From an uncultured Bdellovibrionales bacterium (lineage in GTDB: Bacteria; Patescibacteriota; Minisyncoccia; Moranbacterales; UBA1568): 45,763 bases of DNA. The position numbers and the translations under genes were made by a program. The stretch lies in the NCBI GenBank assembly GCA_964537075.1, contig CAZIBB010000002.1:1-45763 (forward strand), read 5' to 3'. Positions 25,854 to 34,030 of the stretch are shown in pieces (position 1 is the stretch's first letter; the number at the start of each line of letters is the position of its first letter). A model generated the notes under the pieces. The model saw only the letters and a list, made by a program, of their open reading frames with translations. It searched no databases and had not been told where the DNA came from.

Positions 25854-26912
25854 TTATAATTGTTCTCGCAGGAATTCCGCCGCCTTCTCCGGCTCTATCG
25901 TCGAAACTTCGATACCGGTTGCCAGCTCGAATCCCGCCCAGGTCGCTGTTTTCGGCAAAATCTCGATATGCCACTGATAATGAGCATAGTCCCGTCCATC
26001 ACAAGGCGCCGTATGGATATAAAAATTAAATGCCGGATCACCTAATCCCTTATGAAGAGCAAACATCGCCTTTTGGAACACTTCCGCCAATGAGAATTTT
26101 TCCGGATCGGTGATACGTTCGAAATACGGACTACCATCTTTCTTGGCGGTCACCCATACTTCGAAAGCTGAGCGCGAAGCAAACGGGCAGAAGGCGATAA
26201 AATCGGCGTTTTCATACACGACCCGCACTTTCTCTTCCCGTTCGCGATCCACCATCACCTGATACACTTTCTTTTTATGACTTCGGTAATAGAGTTCCGC
26301 ACCATTTAATTCCCCCTGAATATATGGGGAGACGACTGGTATCGCCATCAGCTGCGAATGAGGATGCACAATGGATGCTCCTGCTTCCTTCCCATGATTA
26401 TGAAAAATCTGGATATATTTCACGCTCTTCTTCGCCATAAGGTCGAGATACCGGCTCTGGTATGCATCGAACACTTCCGCCACCTGCCATGGTTCAAGGA
26501 GCGCAATCGACTTCTCGGGATCGCGCGTCACGATAAGTTCATGATATCCCACGCCGGACATCGCGAAGTATGGCCCGTCGGAAAGATCCTTCACCGCGCG
26601 ACCGCGGGTAAAGGCCGGATACTTGTTCGGGAAGACGCGCACACTCCAATCCCCGTCAGGCAGGCGATAGATGAGCAGGTCTTTCTCCTGCCCGCTTTGA
26701 TCGGGATCAGCGAAGGGGTCATTCAAGTCGGCATCCTTCACGCGCTTCGCCGCCGAAGCAAACTCATCCGGACGCTTCGCTCGCCCGGTGGCGATCACCA
26801 CCCAATCCCCCGTCACGATATCCTGACGAAGCTCCGACTGATATTCGACTGTTGTATTTTTTTCCTCCTCCACACGCTTTGATTTTTTTGTTATGTTTGA
26901 GATTTTTTGCAA
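25854..26912 (-). CDS. galT: galactose-1-phosphate uridylyltransferase (HIT superfamily, GalT-type)
   Basis: Active-site motif VHPHSQLMAIP and two half-domains; 352 aa. Confidence 0.8.
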   Translation of the reverse strand: MQKISNITKKSKRVEEEKNTTVEYQSELRQDIVTGDWVVIATGRAKRPDEFASAAKRVKDADLNDPFADPDQSGQEKDLLIYRLPDGDWSVRVFPNKYPAFTRGRAVKDLSDGPYFAMSGVGYHELIVTRDPEKSIALLEPWQVAEVFDAYQSRYLDLMAKKSVKYIQIFHNHGKEAGASIVHPHSQLMAIPVVSPYIQGELNGAELYYRSHKKKVYQVMVDREREEKVRVVYENADFIAFCPFASRSAFEVWVTAKKDGSPYFERITDPEKFSLAEVFQKAMFALHKGLGDPAFNFYIHTAPCDGRDYAHYQWHIEILPKTATWAGFELATGIEVSTIEPEKAAEFLREQL

Positions 26913-26921
26913 GACCTTTCC

Positions 26922-27689
26922 CTATTTCTTTTTTCCGGCATTGAGATGATACCTGCCCATCCAGATCCGGAATCGCGTCTTGAACAGATCCACGAACACC
27001 TGTATATATCCGTTCGGTCCGAACAATTTCACCGTCGATCCCTCTTCGTTCAGCCAGCGAACCGGCATCTGCTTCACCGTATAGTTCATGCGTTCCGCGA
27101 GCGTGATGAATTCGAAATCGAAACCGAATCGATCGACGACCATACGGCTCGCCACCGCTTCGGCAGCCTCACCCGTTATCATCTTAAAACCACACTGCGT
27201 ATCCGGATAGCTCCACAGCCCGAGTATGATGCGAATCGCCCAATTACCGGCATCCCCGAGCAGTTCGCGATACTTCGGCTGATGCACAGTGATCTGCGAC
27301 TTCATGTGATCACGCGAACCGATCACGACATCAAAACCATTTTTAAATTCCGGAAAAAATGTGTCAATATGGGTGATGGAAGTGGATCCATCAGCATCGA
27401 GAAATAGACGATACTTCCCTTTTCCCTCGAGCAATCCCTGACGAACAACATATCCCTTGCCATGATTCTCCGAATTCTCGATTACACGGAGATTCGCCAC
27501 CTGATGCGCATAATTGCGCGCGACCTCGGCGGTATTATCAGGCGATCCATCGACAATGACGATAATCTCATAGCTATAGTTCTGCCCTTTCAGATATTTG
27601 TCGATTTCCATCAGATTCCGGCCGATTCGCTCACCCTCCTTATACGCAGGGATGAGAACACTCAGATACGGTTGTTCCATACACGACAA
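26922..27689 (-). CDS. GT2 glycosyltransferase, polyprenyl/dolichyl-phosphate hexosyltransferase-like
   Basis: LSVLIPAYKEGERI, IIVIVDGSPDNT, LFLDADGST (DXD); 255 aa, no TM domain. Confidence 0.8.
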   Translation of the reverse strand: MSCMEQPYLSVLIPAYKEGERIGRNLMEIDKYLKGQNYSYEIIVIVDGSPDNTAEVARNYAHQVANLRVIENSENHGKGYVVRQGLLEGKGKYRLFLDADGSTSITHIDTFFPEFKNGFDVVIGSRDHMKSQITVHQPKYRELLGDAGNWAIRIILGLWSYPDTQCGFKMITGEAAEAVASRMVVDRFGFDFEFITLAERMNYTVKQMPVRWLNEEGSTVKLFGPNGYIQVFVDLFKTRFRIWMGRYHLNAGKKK

Positions 27690-27768
27690 TCAGTGATTAG
27701 TATACTCTACCCCTATTATTGTACCACATATTCATAAAAGCATGGAACGTAAAGCATAGAACACCTAG

Positions 27769-27958
27769 GTATCTATCTCAAATCTCACCGCATGAGATGA
27801 AAAGCAAGAATGTCTCCTGCTTGTCGGCTAAAATTTCATCATTTTGGCTGCAAATCCTAAAAATCTCGTCGGAATATCTCGATATTCCTCCTCACTTTTC
27901 AAAATTTTCGCTCAAACTGATGAAATTTTATCTGCGACATGAGATTTGAGATAGATAC
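27769..27958 (+). repeat. structured roughly 190-nt element A (19-bp terminal inverted repeats, nested hairpins); homolog of element B at 41845-42009
   Basis: The terminal repeats GTATCTATCTCAAATCTCA (27769-27787) and TGAGATTTGAGATAGATAC (27940-27958) are exact reverse complements. An inner stem pairs taaaatttcatca with tgatgaaatttta. There is a hairpin ggaatatc-tc-gatattcc. Sequence blocks are shared with element B in the same order and spacing. Confidence 0.7.
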
Positions 27959-28001
27959 TAAATCAAAAACAGCCTCGACTTCCTCGAGACTGCCCTCCTG
28001 T

Positions 28002-28427
28002 TCATTGCTCCTTGTTCTCTGTTCGCTGACCGCGGTCCATATAGGACTGCAGAATGATCCGGGCGGCCTCGGCATCATCGTGCCGACCGACATGCTTCTC
28101 CCCTCGCTCAATCAAGTTCGCCTGAGCCATCTTGGTCGTGAACATTTCATCCTGATAGGCAGTTGTGACGTGATAGGTTCCTTCCAGGCTCCGACCAAGC
28201 TTTTCCCCCTCATACTCCGTTTCTTTGCGACTAATGTGGCTGGGAATCCCGATCACGACCGTGCCTACCTCCTCACGGGCGATGATCTCTCCTAGCTTCG
28301 CGAGCAGCTCCTCCGTATTATCAATGGTATCGTAGGCGAGCGCCACGCCTGTTTCCGCATGTGCCAAAGCAATCCCCACCTTTGATGAACCCCAATCTAC
28401 CCCAAGAAAGTTTTTTCTTACATCCAT
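28002..28427 (-). CDS. ruvX: Holliday junction resolvase-like / pre-16S rRNA nuclease YqgF
   Basis: FLGVDWGSSKVGIALA, and later DDAEAARIILQSYMD; 141 aa. The C-terminal codons run into a TGTTC-word segment (27985-28030). Confidence 0.85.
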   Translation of the reverse strand: MDVRKNFLGVDWGSSKVGIALAHAETGVALAYDTIDNTEELLAKLGEIIAREEVGTVVIGIPSHISRKETEYEGEKLGRSLEGTYHVTTAYQDEMFTTKMAQANLIERGEKHVGRHDDAEAARIILQSYMDRGQRTENKEQ

Positions 28428-28569
28428 ACACTAAAAAACACAGATATTCAAAAACACAAAAACCAAACAAAGCACAATTTTCAAAACCTAAACGAAGCCG
28501 TTCCCTTTTGTGTTTTATATATCTGTGTTTTGTTTGGTTTTTGTGTTCTGGGCTTTGTGCATTCTCTCG
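28428..28569. repeat. CACAAAA-word hairpin element, copy 6
   Basis: 28453-28470 AACACAAAAACCAAACAA is the exact reverse complement of 28530-28547 TTGTTTGGTTTTTGTGTT. Within 28435-28447, aaaacacagatat matches atatctgtgtttt at about 28520-28532. The element fills the spacer between the map stop and the ruvX start. Confidence 0.8.
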
Positions 28570-29337
28570 CTATAAGCGAGTAACAATCTCTGCTCCATCC
28601 TTCGTGATGATCACCGAATCCTCGAAATGCGCGGAGAGCGAGCCATCAGCCGTCACAAATGTCCAGTGATCCGACCCAAGCTTCACTTCCCAGCCGCCGA
28701 TATTGATCATCGGCTCGAGGGCGACTGCCATTCCTTCGATAAATGTGAATCCAGGAACGCTCTTTGTCACATAATTCGGAATCTGTGGCTCCTCATGGAG
28801 TTCCCGTCCCACGCCATGACCAACGAGGTCTCGCACTGGAAGAAATCCATCCTGCTTCACGCGATTCTCCACCGCACGGGCATAATCGATCATCTTCGAT
28901 CCCGAACGAAGCGTGGCGATACCGAGATCGAGCGATTCACGGGTTGCGATGAGCAGCCTCTCTGCTTCGGGAGAAATCTTCCCTACCCCGAAAGTCCGCG
29001 CCATATCCGATACCATCCCCTCATAGCGCATACCGATATCCATCTTGAACAAATCCCCTTCTCTCAGAATGCGATCAAAACTTGGAATGCCATGTACCAC
29101 TTCCTCATTGATGGATGCACAAATCGTCGCTGGAAATGGCGTTCCATGGCCATAACCCTTGAAAATAGGAATACCGCCGATCTCCGTGATCCATTTCTCG
29201 GCAAGCGCGTCGATCTCACCAGTCGAAACACCCGGCTTCACTTCCAGAGCGAGCCGATCGACGATCTTCGCCAATTCCCTTCCGGAATTTCGGAGATGAT
29301 TCAATTCATCATCAGTTTTTTTCCAATCTTGTTTCAT
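28570..29337 (-). CDS. map: type I methionine aminopeptidase
   Basis: VVHGIP, DIGMRYEG, GHGVGRELHEEP, and metal ligands in the expected order. Confidence 0.95.
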   Translation of the reverse strand: MKQDWKKTDDELNHLRNSGRELAKIVDRLALEVKPGVSTGEIDALAEKWITEIGGIPIFKGYGHGTPFPATICASINEEVVHGIPSFDRILREGDLFKMDIGMRYEGMVSDMARTFGVGKISPEAERLLIATRESLDLGIATLRSGSKMIDYARAVENRVKQDGFLPVRDLVGHGVGRELHEEPQIPNYVTKSVPGFTFIEGMAVALEPMINIGGWEVKLGSDHWTFVTADGSLSAHFEDSVIITKDGAEIVTRL

Positions 29338-29360
29338 ACATTTACATTCATTATTTTAGC

Positions 29361-29444
29361 GTCCCATTCATTGCAAAAGAATTTTTTCTGCTGTCCGTGT
29401 TCTGACGAAAGGCAAGGAAAAAATTGCTTTTGTAATAATGGGAC
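29361..29444. repeat. long imperfect palindrome filling the adk-map spacer
   Basis: gtcccattcattgcaaaagaattttttc (29361-29388) pairs with gaaaaaattgcttttgtaataatgggac (29417-29444). About 26 positions pair, with two bulges and one mismatch. Confidence 0.7.
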
Positions 29445-29445
29445 A

Positions 29446-30102
29446 TCATACCACACGGGCCTCTATCTGCTGGAAAATATCTCCGGCCGGGAGCTTCCCG
29501 TCCACACGAAGAAGTTTTCCCTCTTTCTCGAAATGTCGTATCACCGGTTCCGTATCCTCGTGGAATATCCGCCATCGATTCTCTACGCCCGCCGGCGTAT
29601 CATCCTTCCGCTGCACGAGCTTGCCCCCGCATTTGAAGCAAGGCTCCGAGTGATCTTCCGGATGAATGCCTAAAACGAATTTTTCCCCACACTGCTCGCA
29701 ATTGAATCGGCGCGAAATCCGATCGATCGATACTTCCTTTGGAAGATCAATGAAAATGACCCAATCAATACTCCTTCCATATTCAGCGAGAATATCGATC
29801 ACCTCTCCGATCTGGCTCTCGCGACGCGGAGCTCCGTCAAGGACGATACCATTCTTCGGATCCGCCTTGGCGAGAGCCCGACCAAGCGCCTGTTTCACCA
29901 CCTCATCCGATGCCAGCTCCTTCTTCACATAAATTGTCCGATATACTTCTTTCCCAAAGGGAGAATCTTCCTTCGCAATCGCACGAAGCTCACCCCCGAC
30001 ATCGATATGCGTCGAATGGAGCCGTTCCTTGAAAAAGTCCGCCTGCGTGCTCTTCCCGCTCCCCGGCGGTCCGAGCAAAATGTAATTCTTTATATTTTCC
30101 AT
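29446..30102 (-). CDS. adk: adenylate kinase (Zn-lid type)
   Basis: P-loop LLGPPGSGKSTQ and a lid with CEQCGEKF...CFKCGG. The likely start is MENIKNY at 30102 (the track ORF begins at a TTG at 30129). Confidence 0.9.
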   Translation of the reverse strand: MENIKNYILLGPPGSGKSTQADFFKERLHSTHIDVGGELRAIAKEDSPFGKEVYRTIYVKKELASDEVVKQALGRALAKADPKNGIVLDGAPRRESQIGEVIDILAEYGRSIDWVIFIDLPKEVSIDRISRRFNCEQCGEKFVLGIHPEDHSEPCFKCGGKLVQRKDDTPAGVENRWRIFHEDTEPVIRHFEKEGKLLRVDGKLPAGDIFQQIEARVV

Positions 30103-30125
30103 AAGGATAGATACTATCACAAAAT

Positions 30126-30755
30126 TCAATTCGAATCAATGTGAGATTCCTTCCTCCATAAATTATGTATGAGGAAGAAAATGCTCGTCGCGAAAATCGC
30201 CCCGAGCGTATCGGCGAGCATATCCTTCTGTGCATCCCAGATATCCCCCTGACTCCCGAGATACGCCATGGCCGATGCGGCATCCGCCGATGATCCGGCC
30301 GCATACCACCACTCCACCAGTTCATAGCTCATCGCGATCGTGGCGATGGCGAATATCGGATAGGTGAAGAGAAGAAATTTGTTCGCTACTAATTTCTTGT
30401 TCCAGATCCACTCCGCCATCGCGAAGGCATAGAAACCGACGCTGAAATGTGCGATGCGATCATAATGATTTCGTTCAAACCCGAAGAAATCCGAGAACCA
30501 GTCAAATGGCACGAGCGCGAAGGTATAATGTCCGCCGATGGTATGGAGATAAATGAGCACGAACATAAATCCATACGCCACATTAGAAAAACGAATCCCC
30601 TGCCGATACAGGAAAATGATAACTGCGAGGATGATCCATACCGTCAGATTCTCCGCGAACCACACCGTCCGATCAATCGGATTCACCGCAAGCGCGAGAC
30701 AGAGAACAGCATATGCCGAGAGGAGCCACCAGAGGCATTTCGAATTGTTCTGCAT
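30126..30755 (-). CDS. polytopic inner-membrane protein, DUF2238/YjdF-like
   Basis: 209 aa with about 6 TM helices. The family assignment is from memory of HYTFALVP...RNHYDRIAHF-type motifs and has moderate certainty. Confidence 0.55.
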   Translation of the reverse strand: MQNNSKCLWWLLSAYAVLCLALAVNPIDRTVWFAENLTVWIILAVIIFLYRQGIRFSNVAYGFMFVLIYLHTIGGHYTFALVPFDWFSDFFGFERNHYDRIAHFSVGFYAFAMAEWIWNKKLVANKFLLFTYPIFAIATIAMSYELVEWWYAAGSSADAASAMAYLGSQGDIWDAQKDMLADTLGAIFATSIFFLIHNLWRKESHIDSN

Positions 30756-30841
30756 ATAGCGAGAGAGTTAGAAAATAGTGAAGAAAATCTGGAAAGAGCG
30801 GATGCACCGCTACTTTCAGTATACACGAAAGATACGAGACA

Positions 30842-30883
30842 TAAAAAAAATCGCTCCGACATGACATCGGAGCGATCTTTTTT
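30842..30883. terminator. bidirectional intrinsic terminator downstream of the cold-shock gene
   Basis: The perfect 10-bp stem ATCGCTCCGA (30850-59) / TCGGAGCGAT (30867-76) has a 7-nt loop. It is flanked by A8 on the left and T6 on the right, and begins 8 nt after the csp stop. Confidence 0.85.
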
Positions 30884-30891
30884 CACGACAC

Positions 30892-31089
30892 TTATGCGCG
30901 TGATACGTTGGTGGCCGCTGGGCCTTTTTCACCCTGGGTGACTTCGAAAGTGACGACATCGCCAACCTTCAATTCATCGTAGGTTACTCCAACCAATTCC
31001 TTAGAGTGGAAGAAGAGATCCTTCTCGACGCCTTCGCGTGAGATGAATCCAAATCCTCGGTCTGTAAGGGTTTTGATAGTTCCTTGCAT
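30892..31089 (-). CDS. cold-shock protein (CspA family, S1-like OB fold)
   Basis: MQGTIKTLTDRGFGFISREG (RNP1-like GFGFI) and DLFFHSKEL (RNP2-like); 65 aa. Confidence 0.9.
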   Translation of the reverse strand: MQGTIKTLTDRGFGFISREGVEKDLFFHSKELVGVTYDELKVGDVVTFEVTQGEKGPAATNVSRA

Positions 31090-31181
31090 AGAATTTGCTT
31101 TAGGATTGCTTATAACTAGAAGCTCGACACCATATCTTCTGTGTCCCTATAAAGAGCTTGCACTCTCACTAACACCTAACC

Positions 31182-31210
31182 ACTATAGCGCAGAATGAGC
31201 ATTTTGTCAA
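31182..31210 (-). promoter_or_regulatory. consensus-like promoter TTGACA-17-TATAGT for the cold-shock gene, giving a long 5' UTR
   Basis: On the minus strand, the -35 TTGACA is at 31205-31210 and the -10 TATAGT is at 31182-31187, with a 17-nt spacer. The predicted leader of roughly 85 nt runs to ATG 31089. Confidence 0.65.
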
Positions 31211-31250
31211 ACTCAGGTCTCAGACAAGCAAATTTTAGCCTAAACAAGGC

Positions 31251-31682
31251 CTATTCCGTCGTCTTGCCATCAAACTCCGGTTCATCGGCTATCGCTTCAG
31301 CCCTGGTCGCCCGTACCACCCCGTCCTGATGATGCGACGGCGCATAGATAGTATAGAGCCGGAGGGCATCGGTTCCCGAAGTATTGATGACATTGTGCGT
31401 CGCCCCTGCAGGCACGATAACGCTCTCTCCATCTCCCACAATATATTCGATCTCATTGACGATCACTTTCCCTTCACCGGTTTCGAAGCGGAAAAATTGA
31501 TCTCCATCCTCATGTACCTCGAGTCCAATTTCTTCGCGCGGTTTGAGAGTCATGAGAACCAATTGCAGATGTTTCCCCGTATACAATACTTCCCGGAAAT
31601 TCTCGTTCTCCAGGGTAAGTGTCTCGATATTCCCCTTGTATCCTTTTTTCATATGGTTATGCATTACAAATGAAATTGGCAT
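31251..31682 (-). CDS. cupin-domain protein
   Basis: GLEVHEDGDQFFRFETGEGKVIVNEIEYIVGDGESVIVPAGATHNVIN (cupin motifs 1 and 2). The start is uncertain: ATG 31682, 31664 or 31652. The track ORF's upstream extension to 31814 overlaps the neighbouring gene and is unlikely. Confidence 0.65.
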   Translation of the reverse strand: MPISFVMHNHMKKGYKGNIETLTLENENFREVLYTGKHLQLVLMTLKPREEIGLEVHEDGDQFFRFETGEGKVIVNEIEYIVGDGESVIVPAGATHNVINTSGTDALRLYTIYAPSHHQDGVVRATRAEAIADEPEFDGKTTE

Positions 31683-31707
31683 CTCTAGTATACACCTACA
31701 AAATTTC

Positions 31708-32094
31708 TCACCCTTGAAACTCCTTATCATGTTCCAATTTCGCGCGCCAGGCGATGAAATTGAGGAAAGCGTAGAGGCAGATGGCGATAAGGAAAAATGC
31801 CTGTCGGTCTTCACTCGTCTGCGCTGGCATGTGACTCATGAGAAATATCGTCAATCCAAAAGCGAGGAGTGGCAAGAGTACATCCACCTTTGCATTCCAT
31901 CTTGTTTCATGAAGTCGAATGCGTCGCTCAAAACCCTCCCAAAGAATCGCAATAAAGAGAGTCGCGACAAATGCCCATTGAGGTGGCCATGCGAAAACCA
32001 GTGAGCCAAGAGCCATCACCACTCCGAACAAAAAATGTGGTATCGACCACCAATCCAAGCATTTTTTTGGAAACCAAAAATTTTTTTGTTTCAT
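31708..32094 (-). CDS. small hypothetical membrane protein (about 4 TM helices)
   Basis: Hydrophobic ORF. The likely start is MKQKNFWFPKK at 32094, directly after the queH stop. No family recognised. Confidence 0.5.
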   Translation of the reverse strand: MKQKNFWFPKKCLDWWSIPHFLFGVVMALGSLVFAWPPQWAFVATLFIAILWEGFERRIRLHETRWNAKVDVLLPLLAFGLTIFLMSHMPAQTSEDRQAFFLIAICLYAFLNFIAWRAKLEHDKEFQG

Positions 32095-32096
32095 AA

Positions 32097-32645
32097 TTAT
32101 TCCCCTGATGGAGTCCGAATCGAATACTGACAACCGCAGTAATTCTGACGGTAAATACTGCGTTCCTTCACCATGGCGCGGGCGATCATCTCACGGCCTT
32201 TTTTCTTCCAGTCCTCGGCGTAGAATCGAATACCGTAGCGCTTGGCGGCCGCCTCACCCACGGGAAAGATCACTTTCGAGCTCTTGCGAGTTCCCATGGT
32301 GAGCGTCGTTCCAAAGATAGGAAATCCCCGCTCCAAGGCCTCCTTGGCGGCATGACCGAGACGCATACCGATACAGGTGTAGCAACGCCTCCCCTGCTCG
32401 GGTTCACTCTCGAGTCCCTTCACGCGCTCATTCCAGGACTCAGGGGTATAGTCTTGATCAATCATGGGAACGCTCCACTCCTCGCACACGCGCACGACTT
32501 CTTTCTTCCGGAGGAGATATTCTGCTTCCGGAAAGATATTCGGATTATAGAACAAAACCGAGAGATCAAAGGTCACTCGAAGCTCATCGATGACCGCGAT
32601 ACCGCACGGTGCACAGCAAGTATGCAATAAAAACTTTTCACGCAT
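32097..32645 (-). CDS. queH: epoxyqueuosine reductase QueH (DUF208)
   Basis: N-terminal LLHTCCAPCG, C-terminal YRQNYCGC; 182 aa. Confidence 0.85.
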   Translation of the reverse strand: MREKFLLHTCCAPCGIAVIDELRVTFDLSVLFYNPNIFPEAEYLLRKKEVVRVCEEWSVPMIDQDYTPESWNERVKGLESEPEQGRRCYTCIGMRLGHAAKEALERGFPIFGTTLTMGTRKSSKVIFPVGEAAAKRYGIRFYAEDWKKKGREMIARAMVKERSIYRQNYCGCQYSIRTPSGE

Positions 32646-32660
32646 AACAAATATAATTTT

Positions 32661-32724
32661 GAATTTTTACAGCGGACTCCGCTGGCTGGCGGATCAAAAA
32701 GCGGAACGACCGTTGTAAAAATTC
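32661..32724. repeat. hairpin module R, copy 1 (downstream of secY)
   Basis: The outer stem gaatttttacagcgg / ccgttgtaaaaattc encloses agcggactccgct, CCGCTGGCTGGCGGAT and AAAAGCGGAACGACCG (32697-32712). Confidence 0.7.
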
Positions 32725-32749
32725 ATCCTTCGAAATTCAGAATTCCCCA

Positions 32750-34030
32750 TTAAAAGCCTTCGTAACTCCGCATCGCCAGCTGACTCTCGGTATGCTTGAT
32801 GAATTCGAGAACGACCGATACGACGATAAGGATGCTCACGCCACCGATCTGCAGCGCCTGAATATGCGTAATCCCCTGGACAATATACGGAAGTACCGCG
32901 ATGAGACCAAGAAACACCGATCCGGCAAGCGTAATACGCATGATGATATAGTGCAGATGATCGGCGGTTGCCTGACCGGGACGAATGCCCGGAACATATC
33001 CGCCCTGCTTCTGCAGATTCTCGGAAATTTTGTACGGATCGAACACAACGGTCGTATAAAAATACGTGAAGAGAATGACGAGAACGAAGAAAATCGACCC
33101 GTAGACGAACTGGTCCTGAAGAAAGGCGCTTACCTTGATCGCTATATCAGCTACTGGCTTCCCCTGAAAAGACTGTGCGATAAAACTCGCAAGCATGGTT
33201 GGAATAAGAATAATAGACACGGCAAAAATAATCGGGATAACGCCCGCTTGGTTCACTTTGAGCGGAAGATGCGACGCCGTTCCGCCATATACCTGGCTTC
33301 CCCGAACGCGCTTGGCATACGAGACCGGAATGATGCGCTGCCCCTCATTCACGAGGATAACACCTGCGATAGTGATCGCTCCGACGAGGAAGAATGCAAA
33401 ATATGAAAAAAACTGCGATGGATCCCATGTCGCGGCGAAACGGCTCACGCCGGTCGGAAGAGCGGCGACGATACCGGCGAAAATCATCATGGAGACACCG
33501 TTTCCAAGTCCCTTTTCCGTAATCAATTCGCCGAGCCACATAAGGAGGATTGAACCGGCCGTCGCGGTAATGATGATCGCCACCATCCGAAACGATGTGA
33601 GATCGATGAAGACATTCTGCGATTTCAAAAGTGAAATCATCGCGAAAGCCTGAATACCAGCGAATGGAACAGTGAGCCACCGCGTCCAAGAATTGAATTT
33701 CTGGCGACCTGCCTCCCCTTCTTCCTTATACAATCGCTCCAATGCCGGAACAATCGTCGTCATGAGCTGCATAATAATCGAGGCTGTGATGTACGGCCCG
33801 ACACCAAGGAGTACGATGGAAATATTCGAAAGACCCCCGCCTGAAAACACATTGAGCATACCTAACAGCTGATTGCCGTCAAAGAGCTGCTTCAACTGCG
33901 TCGCATCCACCCCCGGCAATGGAATATTGGCGGCCAAACGATATGCCACGAGTATGCCAAGAATAAACAGGACCTTCTTGCGCAAATCAGACTGATTCAC
34001 CATGGCCGAGAAAATATCTTTGATAGTCAT
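32750..34030 (-). CDS. secY: preprotein translocase subunit SecY
   Basis: 426 aa with 10 TM helices; LGILVAYRLAANIPLPGV, GVGPYITASIIMQL. Confidence 0.95.
   Translation of the reverse strand: MTIKDIFSAMVNQSDLRKKVLFILGILVAYRLAANIPLPGVDATQLKQLFDGNQLLGMLNVFSGGGLSNISIVLLGVGPYITASIIMQLMTTIVPALERLYKEEGEAGRQKFNSWTRWLTVPFAGIQAFAMISLLKSQNVFIDLTSFRMVAIIITATAGSILLMWLGELITEKGLGNGVSMMIFAGIVAALPTGVSRFAATWDPSQFFSYFAFFLVGAITIAGVILVNEGQRIIPVSYAKRVRGSQVYGGTASHLPLKVNQAGVIPIIFAVSIILIPTMLASFIAQSFQGKPVADIAIKVSAFLQDQFVYGSIFFVLVILFTYFYTTVVFDPYKISENLQKQGGYVPGIRPGQATADHLHYIIMRITLAGSVFLGLIAVLPYIVQGITHIQALQIGGVSILIVVSVVLEFIKHTESQLAMRSYEGF

Noticed and set aside
31683-31814. The N-terminal extension of the cupin ORF (GTG 31814) and similar track extensions for mreB (14249), rplD (43116), rpsJ (44411), adk (30129) and the csoR-like gene (19751).
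   Set aside because: The extensions overlap upstream genes or spacer repeats and lack similarity to the respective families. Internal ATG starts give canonical N-termini.
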